Source: an uncultured Methanosarcinaceae archaeon
Lineage (GTDB): Archaea > Halobacteriota > Methanosarcinia > Methanosarcinales > Methanosarcinaceae
DNA length: 64,000 bases
Reading direction: 5' to 3'
Assembly: GCA_963833425.1 (NCBI GenBank)
Contig: CAWHXP010000012.1
Span: forward strand, 1 to 64,000
The position numbers and the translations under genes were made by a program. Position 1 is the stretch's first letter; the number at the start of each line of letters is the position of its first letter. The notes beneath the pieces were generated by a model. The model did not search any database. It was not told the origin of the DNA and was given only the letters and a program-made list of their open reading frames with translations. Shown here piece by piece: positions 46,590 through 59,617 of the stretch.

Positions 46590-47356
46590 ATGCTTATTGA
46601 TTGGTTCACCGTAATTGCGCAGATACTCAACTTCTTAATATTGGTGTGGTTGCTGAAGCACTTTCTTTACAAACCCATTCTCAATGCCATCGACGCGCGT
46701 GAGAAGAAAGTCGCAGATGAACTTGCGAATGCCGAATGCTAAAAAGACAGAAGCGCAAAGAGAGAAAGAAGATTTCAAGCGTAAGAACGAAGAGTTAGAC
46801 CAGCAACGTGCTGCGCTCTTGAGCAAGGCGAAGGATGAAGCAAAACCGAAAGCTTACACCTCATAGAAGAAGCACGTAAAGAAGCCTTTGATTTGAAGTC
46901 AAAGCAGCAAGAGGCATTAAGGAATGAAAAACAGAACTTAAATCAGGCAATAAGACATCGAGCTCAACAGGAAGTCTTTGCCATAGCGCGAAAAACACTA
47001 ATGGATCTGGCTGAAACGAGTTTGGAAGAGCGCACAGTTGAAGTGTTTTCTCGAAAGCTACACGAGCTAAAAGATGAGGAGAAGGAACAAATGGCTCAGA
47101 GCTTAGCGCATCGCCAAGATCGCTGCTCGTTCTCACTGCCTTCGATCTTCCACAGGAACAGCGTGATTTGATTAAAAAGACGATTAAAGAAACTCTTGGT
47201 ATAGAAATTCAAGCCAAATTCGAGACTGCACCAGACTTAGTAAGTGGTATTGAGTTAACCACAAATGGACTAAAAGTGGCTTGGAGCATAGCAGATTATC
47301 TCACATCACTGGAAAAAGATATCAATGAACTTCTGGAAAAGCAGCCTAAGAGTTAA
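46590..47356 (+). CDS. atpF: ATP synthase b/delta-like subunit, frameshifted
   Basis: 'MLIDWFTVIAQILNFLILVWLLKHFLYKPILNAIDARE' ... 'GIELTTNGLKVAWSIADYL'. Confidence 0.88.
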
Positions 47357-47589
47357 GCAAAAGCCGAGCATTGAGTATAAACCTGCTGAACCTAAGTAGA
47401 AATCCGAACCTGAAAACCAAAGCCAGACTTTAACAACCTGATTGATCTAAGCTAGAAAAGAAGATGAGACCAAACAAAAATCTGAGATTAAAGAAGAATC
47501 TAGAAACAAAATCCGAGTCTATAACTAAGCAAGGAGTCAATACTTAGCCAAAGCTCACATGGAGAGTTACTAACATAATACCTAAAAAT

Positions 47590-49107
47590 TTGAAAGATGT
47601 TTTTGAGAATGCTTTCACTGAAATAAACGAGCTGCGTGGACTAATCACCCCTAAGCTCACTCTTCAGGAGGTCGGCACTATCACGACAGTTTCCACAGGT
47701 ATTGTCAATGTCTCCGGCCTTCATAGTGTGGGTTTTGAAGAAGTGGTGAAGTTTCCCAATGATGTATTTGGGATAGCATTTAACGTGGACGAAGAAGAAA
47801 TCGGCGTAGTTCTACTAGACGAATACTCACTTCTGCATGCAGGAGATAAAGTCGAACGCACTGGCCGGGTTATGGACTTGCCAGTAGACGAAAAATTGCT
47901 TGGGCGAGTCATCGATCCACTCGGTCGACCACTCGATGACAAAGAACCTGTGATCTCCAGCAAGCGCTTGCCTATTGAGCGCCCCAGCACGCCAATTATG
48001 GATCGTTCTCCTGTAAACATGCCTCTCCAGACCGGTATAAAAGTCATCGATACATTAATACCAATTGGACGAGGCCAGAGAGAGTTGATTATGGGTGACC
48101 GCCAGACTGGAAAAACTACAATTGCGATCGACACAATCCTTAACCAGCGCAACTACAATGTTCTGTGCGTTTATTGTGCCATCGGTCAGCGCGCATCAGC
48201 AGTTGCTAGGGTAGTAGCAACCTTGCGGGAAAAGGGAGCAATGGATTACACTGTTGTCGTCGTGACTGAAGGCAACGACCCACCAGGTTTAACCTATATT
48301 GCTCCTTACGCAGCGACCAGCATTGCAGAGTATTTTATGGAAGCTGGCCGAGACGTGCTGATTGTTTACGATGATTTAACCAATCATGCACGTGCCTATC
48401 GCGAACTCTCTCTCTTACTTCGCCGTCCTCCAGGACGTGAAGCATATCCTGGTGATATTTTTTATATTCACTCTCGTTTACTGGAGCGTGCTACACACCT
48501 ACTCAAAGAGCTTGGTGGTGGCTCACTGACTGCCCTTCCAATCATCGAAACCGAAGCGCAGAACATTTCTGCCTATATTCCAACCAATTTGATTTCAATT
48601 ACTGACGGGCAGATATACCTCTCCCCATCTCTTTTTGAATTGGGCGTGTCTGCCTGCAGTCGATGTCGGTAAATCGGTTTCGCGTGTAGGTGGTAAAGCA
48701 CAGCATGCTGCCTATCGCGGGGTGGCTGGAGATCTCAAGCTTGCCTATTCACAGTTTGAAGAACTCGAAGCATTTACCCGGTTTGGCGCTAGGCTAGAAG
48801 AAAACACCCTCAAGATTATCGAGCATGGAAAGCGAATTCGTGCACTTCTCAAGCAGCCAGAATTCTCTCCTGTATCCATGCCTGAACAAATCTTCATTCT
48901 ACTTGCGTTGAATGCAAAACTTTTTGATAACGTGCCGCTTGACCGGATGACAGATGCTGAACAGTTCTCTGCGAGAGGCGGTACAGAGATGTCTCTGCGG
49001 AAGTGCGCAAGTGGTTCGATACCAATGAAGAATTGAGCGACAAGGATCGTGAAATGATCCTCGAAATTACCTACAAAGCTCTAGAAATCTTCCAGCATAC
49101 TTCCTAA
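47590..49107 (+). CDS. atpA: ATP synthase alpha subunit, frameshifts near 48650 and 48965
   Basis: '[17 protein letters not shown]', '[13 protein letters not shown]', '[13 protein letters not shown]' and '[10 protein letters not shown]'. Confidence 0.95.
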
Positions 49108-49200
49108 TCCAAATTTAAACCGATAATTGAAAACTTAAGTAATAACAAGTAGGAAGCTACAACCGAAGTCAAATGCAAAACCTCAAAATAAGGAGAATGA

Positions 49201-50106
49201 ATGAGCGACACCATGGAGAGTCTGCGCCGAAATATCAACCGAGCAGGCGATCTTCAATCCGTAGTCCGCACAATGAAAGCTTTGGCAACCTCGAGCATAG
49301 GACAATACGAGAAATCAGTGAGCGCATTAGATGACTACTATCGCACCGTGGAGCTTGGGTTGAGCGTATGTTTTCTGGAAAATACACCAGAGATCTTTTC
49401 TTCACGACTAAAGAAGCAGGAAAAAGATATTGTGATTGGTGCGATTGTGTTTGGTTCAGATCAGGGACTTGTGGGCCAATTTAATGATGTAATAGCTGAT
49501 TACGCCGTCAAAATACTGTCAGGTTTGCCAGGCAAAGCTCATGTTTTAGCTGTCGGTGAGCGCGTTCATGCACGTCTGGTGGATACTAACCTGCAGATTA
49601 TGGGACTTTTTACAGTACCGAATTCTATCAAGGCCATTACCCCACTAATCGAGCAAATTCTCGTGGAGATCGAGACTAGTCCATAGCCAGGGTAAAGTTT
49701 CCGAAATCCATATATTCTACAACCTCCACAAATCAAGGACTTTATATGAACCAACTAGTCAATTACTATTACCGCTAGATCAGATCTGGAGGCGAACAAC
49801 TGGCTGAACTCCCCTGGCCAACTAAAAATTTACCCGAAATAATTGGTGATAGAGACATCAACTTTGCGAGCGCTAATTCGAGAATACCTTTTCGTCTCGC
49901 TCTTCAGGGCATGCGCCGAATCCCTTGCAAGTGAGAATGCGAGCCGTTTGGCAGCAATGCAACATGCCGACAAAAATATAGAGGAGATGCTAGAAGACCT
50001 CAATGGAAAATACTACCGTTTGCGACAAAATAGCATCGATGAGGAATTATTTGAAGTATTCTCCGGCTTTGAGGCGCTGTCCCATTCTCACAATTTTGTC
50101 AAGTAA
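49201..50106 (+). CDS. atpG: ATP synthase gamma subunit, frameshifted
   Basis: 'LQSVVRTMKALA', 'FGSDQGLVGQFN' and 'SLASENASRLAAMQ.A..NI...RQNSIDEEL'. Confidence 0.92.
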
Positions 50107-51399
50107 AAAAATAATATTTATAAAAATTAATTCAAGACATAACTTAAAAATAATAACTATAATTTTGAATTTGCCTGAAATGTAAAATAGTTCTCGCCAG
50201 GGAAGGTAACATGCTAAATATAGGACAATGTTTTAATCTCTTTTTTGAGGACAAAATGCTACAACTTTGGCAAACTCGTATGCTCAACCAATAAGGCCCG
50301 AGATTCCGCAGGTTTTATGATGAAGCTATTTGGGACAACTTCTAGAGTTCACAAAGATGGGGATAAAAAGTGCCAATTTTTGTTGGTATAAAAAAGTATT
50401 TTCTACACTTTACATTATCCTCAAATCAAAGGAATTGCAAAAATTGGCAAGTTGATGTACTTTATCTGGGAATATATTTTTGGAGGTAGGCCTCGGATAG
50501 GACTCACTTATAACACACTACTTCTTAATAATAATGTTCTTTTTAGCAAATTTATTTCGAATGTTCTTACAAATACCAATTCGTTTAGTTGTACAAATTC
50601 ATCTGACACTAGCATTTTTTGGGGTATATTAGCAAACCTAATGACAAAATCACTAAGAATAAACTAAAAAAGGATCTTTGATATTTCGACTGTAGAATTC
50701 ATAATCACTTTTGAATTATGGCAATACGGATCTAATTTATAAAAACTCCTTGTGAAAATCACACAATATGCTGTGTATACATAAATTTTCTATCAAAGCT
50801 ATGCATTAATAAAAACGATAAAATCCTATTTTTTTGTGCCTCTTAAATCATAGCAATTTTACAGTCAACGAGACCAAAATATCTTTTGGATAGTTATTTG
50901 TTAAAATAATTATACAGATATAAATAACAGTATATCCACAAGATATAGAAATTACACTTAAAAAATGAGCTATATAGATAATAAATTTACAAAGTATAAA
51001 AGCTAATATCATTCTGTACGACATCTGAGCATTTTGTTCGAAATAAATTGGATACCGTTGATGTTCGCATCCTCAACAGTATCTACCTCTCCTATTCATC
51101 ATAAAGTTTGATTTCTATACTGATTAATTTTTGCAATGCTCAAACCATACACCAAGTTCAATAGTCTTGCGCTTGAGCATGCGTTATATATATACTAAAA
51201 AATAAGCTAATTATTATAAACAAAAAAAAAATCACGTTGTTAAATTATAAATGTAATTACATATTGAATAATCCCAAAATTTCTGAAAAAGAGTTGAAAT
51301 AATACCACTTTAATACTTTATTAAATGTGGGGGGGGCTGAAAGAATGATATACTTTAACATTAATTTTATTGCGTGTTTATGCACACGACTTAGGACTA

Positions 51400-52470
51400 T
51401 AAAGTAAGGATAAGTGAATTAGATGTATTGAAGGGGGTCGCAATACTACTAATAGTCATAGGACATGCGGTTGAATATAATTATAATATAACCAATTTTC
51501 ATCAAAACGTTATCTTTAACATTATTTACTTTTTCAGTATGCCATTTTTTATGATTATCAGCGGTTACTTAGCATGGAAGCATACTGACAATAAACCAAT
51601 GTCATATCTGAGACGAAAATTTATAAATTTTATTATCCCTTTCGCATCTGGTACGCCGTTTGCTACGGTCTTATTAGAGTCATGAACACCGTAAAACCAG
51701 GGCTTTACAGAGCAATGGAATAATCGATTACCTCATTCGTGCAGTGTTAAATCCAAGTAACGGATTGTGGCACTTATGGGTTCTATTCCTCAACTTTTGC
51801 ATATTATATGTAGCACTAAGATTCGAAAAACTAGTTAGGCCAATCCCATCCATGTTTCTATTCATGATCCTGTTTATAATCTATCACCAATGGATTATTT
51901 TGGATTGAACATAATTAGATGGCATTGGCCATTTTTTTTGCAGCAGGATACATTATAAATAGATATGCCAGGGATCTTAGTAGATTGAAATATTGCATAT
52001 GTATTATCTGTAATAATCGCGATAAAATCGTTCATTGTTTGGATCGGCAGGTCTAATGTTATACCAATAGCTCTTACGAATAAAATTTTTTCTTACCATA
52101 TAACTAATACGGGAATGATATCTCAGTTAATTGGATACGTTATCGGATTCGCATGGATAGGAATCACAATTTTATTGATCAAGACTTTGATAATTAAATC
52201 TTCAACACTTCATAGGACATTGTCATTGCTGGGCACCATTACTCTAGATCTCTACGTAAACATCTCTCTAATATTAATATTATTTGCGTAGTTTCCGATT
52301 AAGTATTTTAAACGATTTGATGAACTTGGTGTATATCTAAATTATACTAATGGCATGTACCTCGATTCTAATTTCTCTTGCAATTTCTTTCCTCATCCTA
52401 AGACGATTTGACATATTGGCTTTGTTATTCCTAGGTAAATACAATAGCAAAAAAAGACGGAAAATAGTAT
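51400..52470 (+). pseudogene. Acyltransferase-3 (OafA-like) membrane acyltransferase with several frameshifts
   Basis: 'LDVLKGVAILLIVIGH', 'FSMPFFMIISGY', 'GLWHLWVLF' and 'LGTITLDLY'. Confidence 0.7.
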
Positions 52471-52599
52471 AGTGTTAAGTAACTTGACCATAGTAACAAA
52501 AACTCTTATCAAGTAACATCCTTTGATGCTTGCTAGGCTCATATTTTAGCTGAAATTGAAATTATACATAGGTTATGCTATAAAAACTGTGTATATCAT

Positions 52600-54560
52600 A
52601 TTAGTTGATGTTTTTTGATTTTTCTGCTACCATGAGCCTAATAGTAAATTCCGTTTCATTATTCCTTTTCAGCTTAAGTTCTCCATTTAACTGATTTACC
52701 AGGTGGTTACCAACTGCATACCAAGACTGTTGGGATTTTCTAAATCGAGACTTTCAGGTATACCTATCCCATCATCTGAAACCTTCAAAATGAAACTGGT
52801 ACTCTTAAAACCTTTACATTTGCTTTCTTCTCTGCTATTTATGAGTTCTCCGTTGTCTTCTCTGTGTAGTTTAATATAAATTTTTCCTTCATCTCTTCCT
52901 GAAAATGCATGTTTAAGAGAGTTTGAAACTAATTCATTGACAATTATTCCAAAAGGAACTGCATCATCCATATTTAGAATGCATTTTTTTCCAGATCCAT
53001 GTGCAGGGAAATATTTTTATTATCTAGTTTGTAAGTCTGGAAAAGTGTTTCAACCAATTGTTGAATGTATGCCGATAAATCCAAAGTTTCGAATTTGTTA
53101 CTCTTATATAGTTCTTCATGAATAAGAGCCATAGATCTCACTCTATCTCGGCTTTCTCCGAAAGCTTCTAAAACTTCAAAATCTTTAACCCACTCTCGAT
53201 TTTTAAATTGATCAGCTTGAAGATCCAGTAAGGAAGAAATCACTTGTAAATTGTTCTTGATCCTATGATGCAGTTCTTTCTTTCTGGTTTTTTCAGCTTT
53301 CAATAGAGATTTTTCGCTCTCAATTCGCTGAGTAACATCTCTAGTAATAGCTGAGATAGCTACAAGCTCTCTAGACGCATCATAAATGGAGAAAGAGCCA
53401 TTGAAATATTATATTAACTTACCATCTTTTCTTAACCTTGAAGTTATATAGTGTAGGATCTTTTCTCCCAGCTTAACGTCTTCAATTAACTTCATTGTTT
53501 CACTTTTTAGATCATCCGGTGCGAGTATTGATACGCTTTTTCCGAGAATTTGTTCAGATGAATAATCATAAATCTGCTCTGCACCTTTATTCCAGGTAGT
53601 AATTTTACCATCAGGTGATAAAGTAAGGATAGCATCACTTGATGATTCCACAATATTCACTAAGTTTTGAATTTTCTCTTCAGTTTTTTTCTGCTCAGTA
53701 ACATCTTGAACTGTTGATCTCATTCGAATAGGGGTATCTTTCTTCTCAAAAGTAACTTCTCCCTCTGAATGAATTATGCGCTCTTTCCCATAAGCTGAAA
53801 TTATTTTATAATCAATTGCATAAGTCTTTTCTTTTAAAGCTTCTTTAGTGGCATTCTCAACATAATCTCTGTAGTAGGGATCTATACAATTTAAAAATTT
53901 ATCATGTTTTATGCCCACTTCTTGAGAATCAAACCCAAAAATACGATACATTTCATCAGACCAGGACATTTCATCAGTTACAAGATTCCAATCCCAATTT
54001 CCGACATGAGCTATCATTTGAGCTTTAGCAAGCCTTGTTTCGCTTTCCTTTAGCGATATATAAGCATCCTCAAGTTCCAATTACGCTTTCTAACTAATTC
54101 TTCTAAATGGTCAAGTGTTTCTTTCAACTTAGCGTTTACTTCGTTGGCTGTCTTTACTATGTAGTCAAATGTTTCTCTTAATTTAGCGTCTACTTCTTTA
54201 GCGGTCTCTACTATTTCGTGGTACTTCTTTTCGCTCTCCTGAAGTTTTCTTTCAAGTTCTTTCTGATCACCTATATCGAATCCATAAATGTTTACTTCTT
54301 TTTCTTCGGGGGTAGGATGAAATGTTACCAAGTATACTTTATTTCCCACTTTAACTTCCATTTTTTTTTCCGGTCTATTCTGGGAAATTACCTTTTGCAC
54401 GAAATCTTCGATATAAGAAGGCAATTTTTCTCCGACTCTCACGTTCCACTCATGTAATAAGGACTCATCCGCCACATTTGAGTAAAGAACAGTCCATCAG
54501 TTCCCAGACTGATAACAGGATTTAAACTGTTTGCCGTAAATCTCTCCAGCTTTATTTTCA
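52600..54560 (-). CDS. PAS-domain sensor histidine kinase (HisKA_2 type), frameshifted
   Basis: PAS 'GNWDWNL..WSDEMYRIFG' and 'WNKGAEQIY', H-box 'ELHHRIKNNLQVISSLL', 'NELVSNSLKHAF' and 'VSDDGIG'. Confidence 0.9.
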
Positions 54561-54941
54561 TTTTATTCACTTTAGACACTTCTTTTTTGATGGTAGTATG
54601 CCTATATTTAATGAAGAATTAAATAAAATCACATTTTGACCGAAATAAAAGTGGTTATATTATTCGCCTATTTGGATTTTCTGAATGCCGCTTTCAGCAG
54701 CATGTATAAAAATGAAAATACTGTCAAGAAAAAAAAGTTAATTTAACAATGTCAAGTTAATAGAAATCAGTAAAAAAGAAAGATCTTTGCCCAGACTTGG
54801 TCATGCGATCCGTGGGAGTTAATAGTTATGCAAACAAAGTTTTCTTTCTTTCTAATTTTTATGGATGCATATGTTTTGCTATACAATATCTGTATTTATG
54901 AAAGCTAGATCTATGCATAATTGTATGTTTATAAACAGAAT

Positions 54942-55154
54942 TCATTCAGGTTCTTCAAAAAATGCAGGATATTCTTCTTTTAATAGCATGAGAAGCTCTT
55001 CATCTAATTTTGCATTGTAAAGTGTTTTCACCTTAGAAAGCTGGAAAAGCGATAAATTCTGAGTTCCTTCAAGGTTAGCTCCTGGAAGGTTAGCCTCTAC
55101 AAGATCAGCTCCTTGAAGATTAGCTCCTTGAAGATTTTTTCCTCTGTGAAACAT
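54942..55154 (-). pseudogene. Pentapeptide-repeat protein C-terminal fragment
   Basis: 'NLQGANLQGADLVEANLPGANLEG...LSKVKTLYNAKLD'. Confidence 0.6.
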
Positions 55155-55932
55155 CCATTTGTAATTATCGGCTTTGAACTAAAATAAACATTACTATACT
55201 AGGAAAATATCTTCTGTTCTTCAGGATTTAGTTTTTAAAAATGTATTTATTTATAGTTTGAGATTATAAAGCCCACATAAAATAATAATAGAGTAGATGG
55301 AATTAACAGTGAATAGGTTATATGGCGCTTAGACTGCTTTATGTCTTTGTAGCTTAAACTTAGATTTTAGACAGTTATATCTTATATTCTATGTCTTTTT
55401 TGTTCAACTGCATAAGTCCTAGAATGTTCTTATAAATCCAGATTGTCAAGTATTACATATACAAAATTTATATTGTTTTTTTGGACAAATTTCAATGTTA
55501 TTCATAAGTAAAGCGTTATTCTTATTCCTAGCTTGAATTCTTCTTGGATCTTAAATAGGTCCCAAAGAAACCAATAGACTGTAGTTCACCAGGACAACTA
55601 AGGATGTATTGGCTTAAACTCAATTCATGTACATGTTTTGTGCTAAAATCTCTGAATTCCCTAGATTTCATCCAGAATAAGAAACATTTCTGATCTATTA
55701 CTCATGGAGCTGATGGGACTCATAGAACATCTGGAGCTCATGGAACATTTGGAACAGTTCGAACTAATTAAAATAAAAAACGATCCTAAATGTGCAAGTT
55801 GGGGGAAAATAAATATATAGCTTTTGTAGATTAATTAAATTTCATAGACTTCATAGATCTTTAATAGGTATAATTAAAACTTCCAGGTATTTATGATCTT
55901 ATTTTTAAATTTGGTATCAAGACTTTATACAG

Positions 55933-56165
55933 AAATTAAAAGATACATTAGTACTTATAAGTTGCAATTACCCGTATAGGGAAGGCGATTACTATAGACA
56001 AACCTGTATTAAATAAAATGAAGTATAAGGAGTTATATTGTGGCACTAGACATTATAAATAAATTTAAAAATGCATTAGTACTTATGTTTTGCGATCAAT
56101 CTATATTGTACAGGCAATTACTACAAACAACCTGCATTAAATATAATTAAATATAAGGAGCTATA
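55933..56165 (+). repeat. Imperfect tandem duplication (~105-bp unit, ~128-bp period), each unit ending in TAAGGAG
   Basis: CATTAGTACTTAT...GGC.ATTACTA...AACCTG.ATTAAATA...TATAAGGAG occurs twice. Confidence 0.7.
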
Positions 56166-56169
56166 TATT

Positions 56170-56274
56170 ATGGGAAAGCCAGATTCAAAAGTTTCACCTA
56201 AAGTAGATAACGTTAATGCAGAAAAAACAGCTAAACCGATCATAAAAACAGACTCTTCTTCTAAGGTTGTTTAA
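56170..56274 (+). CDS. Putative 34-aa small protein
   Basis: AAGGAG RBS, then MGKPDSKVSPKVDNVNAEKTAKPIIKTDSSSKVV*. Confidence 0.4.
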   Translation: MGKPDSKVSPKVDNVNAEKTAKPIIKTDSSSKVV

Positions 56275-56327
56275 AAATAATGTTAATTATTTTTTAACAT
56301 TATAACCCCATTATTTATAAATAATAT

Positions 56328-57180
56328 TGCGCAGTTGCAAAAAAATCCTTTCTAATGATACAATTGAATAAAAAAACCAAAGATAGTAACATGCTATCTA
56401 ATTCCCTTAAATGGAAGCATTATGAAGGGGAAATTATTCTATTAAATGTAAGATGGTACTTAAAATATGCATTAAGTTATAGAAATTTAAAGGAAATGAT
56501 GGCAGAAAGGGGAGTAAAAGTCTACCATACAACAATCATGAGATGGGTACATCAATATTCCCCTGAAATAGAAACGAAAATAAGAAGACATTTAAGACCA
56601 ACAAATGATTCGTGGAGAGTTGCTGAAACCTATATCAAAGTAAAAGGTAAATGGAAATATTTTTACCGAGCAGTTGACTCAAATGGAGATACAATTGATT
56701 TCATGTTAAGTTCAAAACGAAATAGAAAAGCGGCGAAGAGATTCTTTAAGAAAGTTTTGAGTTCTAATCATAATCAAATTCCAAGAGTAATAACCGTTGA
56801 TAAGAATCCAGCTTATCCATCTGCTATAGATAAACTAAAAATTGATAAAATACTACCTAAAAACATAGGCATTCGACAAATCAAGTATTTGAATAACATT
56901 ATAGAACAAGATCACAGATTTATAAAGCGAATCGTTAATCCAATGTTAGGATTTCAGTCTTTTCGATCTGCTAATAAGACTTTAAAAGGAATTGAAGCTA
57001 TAAATATGATCAAAAAAGGACAAGTAATCGATCTAAATTACTCTGTTCTTAATGAAGTCAAATACATTAATCAATTATTTGGTATAGCTTTATAATATTA
57101 GTACATTTTCCTTTAATATTTTGATTTTTATTAATTACTTATAGATTTACATATTTTTTTGAAGTTTTTGCAACGGAACC
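56328..57180 (+). mobile_element. IS6-family element (transposase ORF 56355-57095)
   Basis: 'VRWYLKY.LSYRNL.EMM.ERG', 'YRAVD..G.TIDF', 'VDK...Y' and 'YLNNIIEQDHR'; TIR core GTTGCAAAAA at both ends. Confidence 0.95.
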
Positions 57181-57310
57181 ATCCCTGGAGATTAAAAAGT
57201 CTCTAATCTCAAGTATCTGTTTCAAGTGTATTTTATATTGTAAAGTTACACTAGGTCACAAAACTTTTCAGATAGGTCCTTAATCGACTTCAACTCCTAC
57301 ATATAACTTA

Positions 57311-57760
57311 TCAAAACCTAATTATAAATCCAGTCTTTATTCCCTTCTCAAATCCTACTCGCTCATAGAATCTCAGTACACTTTCTTCCTTTCTTCCGGT
57401 TAACAACACAACTTTATAACAGTCATTATTTTTTGCAACCTCCAAAGCTTTATGCAATATTGCGGTCCCATATCCTCTTTTTCTGTATTCTTTGTGAGTT
57501 ACCACATTTTCTATTAATCCAAATGGTCTTCCGCTTCGTGTTAAATTATCTATTATAACCAATGTGCTTGATGAGACTAATACCCCATCAACTTCCACCA
57601 CAAAATAATATCTATTTGGATCATTGAAAATTTTATCCCATAATTTGTTTATGTTATCCGATCCTTTCAAATTAGGATCATCAGGATTTAAATATTGATA
57701 TAGATCAAGTAATTCATTAAACTCTTCAAATTTTATTAACCTTACTTTATTATTTATGAT
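57311..57760 (-). CDS. GNAT acetyltransferase; frame is open to ~57760, where ATC follows a GGAG RBS
   Basis: 'LLDLYQYLNPDDP', 'IENVVTHKEYRKRGYG', 'CYKVVLLTG' and 'FYERVGF'. Confidence 0.88.
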   Translation of the reverse strand: MINNKVRLIKFEEFNELLDLYQYLNPDDPNLKGSDNINKLWDKIFNDPNRYYFVVEVDGVLVSSSTLVIIDNLTRSGRPFGLIENVVTHKEYRKRGYGTAILHKALEVAKNNDCYKVVLLTGRKEESVLRFYERVGFEKGIKTGFIIRF

Positions 57761-58782
57761 ATCGTGCTCCAGACTGTTATTTTAACGACTTTGCTGTTTT
57801 CCAGTAAAATACTTCCCAGCAAATGTTGCTAGATTTTAACGTAAATATAGGGTCGCTGCCCAAGAAAATATCTGTCAAGAGTCATGTATCCAGTCATTTT
57901 GATTGAAACTTACGTACTTGAAGCACAAAATAGATATATAGTAACCATTTTAAATAGTGTACGTTTTACGTGTAAATTATGTTTTTTCAAAAATTAATTC
58001 CGGTTTTCCTTTAATAGTTTTTAGATTTATGGATGTTTCTATTGGCTTTAACATTTCTCTGATCTTTTAAGACCATATTACAGGTCATTGGAAGAATATA
58101 TGGTATTTTGGTGCATATTTGCAGAAATTGAGTTTTATTAATTGAAAGTAAATAATTGTGCAAAATATCACTATTAGGATATTTTCGGAAACCTAGACTG
58201 TATAGAATAAGGTTGTAATATTATTAGTTTGTTATTTAAGTTTAGGTATGTTTATATTACCTAAATGTTAAACTTTTAGAAACCAAAATGATTTTTACAG
58301 GCAGATAATATGAGAGTTTTAAAAATTATGTTGCCCACCAATAAAGAGTTGATGTTTATAAAGAAAAATCATAGACTTGTTCATTGCATGCAATTCTCTA
58401 TGAGATCTAATTTATGGTTCTCTGCAATGGGATAACTTAAAAAATTAATATATTTAAACAGGGAATTCTAAAGTGAAAATAGCAACTAGCTAACAGAGAA
58501 AGACTGAATCAAGAATTCGATATAAAATTAAAATGAACCCTTTTTTTGGAAAAACTCAGTGTTAGATTCGTGAAGATATTGTAAAGACTCAAAACATGAT
58601 CCATATTAAATTTTTGTTCGATTTCAAAATATTTTATGCAGAAGTAAATTTTACTCATAAACTATTTTTGTATAATTAATTTAAATAACTAATAGTGAAA
58701 ATAAATATTGTAGCCGAGAGCGAACAGATAATGAAAGAATAAAAAATGACCGCTATAGTGTGTGAGTATCTTGGGTAATTAT

Positions 58783-58870
58783 AGAAATTTCGATAAGCCT
58801 CCGATTTCAACGAATTTCGGATATTTACTTTGTAGACGACCAGCAAAAAATTAGGTCTATCGAAATCCTT
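58783..58870. mobile_element. ~88-bp MITE with IS5-type TIRs
   Basis: AGAAATTTCGATAAG ... CTATCGAAATCCTT. Confidence 0.6.
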
Positions 58871-59617
58871 TTTTTATAAACAAGATTGCTTGAATGGCGT
58901 CGTTCCATTTCATGGTACAAAGGTAGCTTAAACATAGATAATTTATTTAATAACAGTTCACAGGAAGTTTTCATCCACTATAAAAAGTTGCATGGTATTT
59001 TACCTTAAGGTCGAATACAGAAATTAGTGGAAAGATTTGGGCACGATTACCGGTAAGGTAAAAGATCAAAGATAAATAGGAATCTTCTAAATATTTCGTT
59101 TTTGTTAGCAATGGAAAGGGAGATGTTGAGTAAAAAGAGTTAAGAGTTTAGGACATTTAAGACTGTCAAGTTTACGTACATCTCATAAGATTAATATATT
59201 TTTCCGCATGAAGGACCATTTATGTAATTATCAGCCAATTTATATTTGTCCATTGTTTTCAAATATATTATTAATATTTGAATGAGAATTGAGACAGAGT
59301 GAACAGAATTCTTGTTAACTGCTATACTCACAACAGTATGAAAAATGTATTTGTGTACAAGTAATCATGGCCTTGATAACTTATATACTGTTTGAAGAAT
59401 CATCATTAGCATCAATAGATTTTTTTGACTTCAATTCCATTTTAGGACTACAATGAGACACATATAATAAAGAAAAAAATATCGACGCGTTTTCATCACT
59501 TATAATAAAATATGCAGCATCTTTTATGGAGGAATTCGGATTAGTAGAGCACTAAATTTGGATGAAAGTCCATTATTTTTTTAAAAACTAGAGAAAAACA
59601 GAAAAATTAAGATAAAT

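Noticed and set aside
49681..49690. TAG in atpG as a pyrrolysine codon
   Set aside because: Homology continues in another frame ('SQGKVSEIHIFYN'), so this is a frameshift, not read-through. The TAG at 14236 in the NLR gene is the same case.
55700..55762. Short imperfect 9/18-bp repeats (CTCATGGA../GGAACA)
   Set aside because: Too few and too degenerate to interpret; possibly a decayed low-complexity coding relic.
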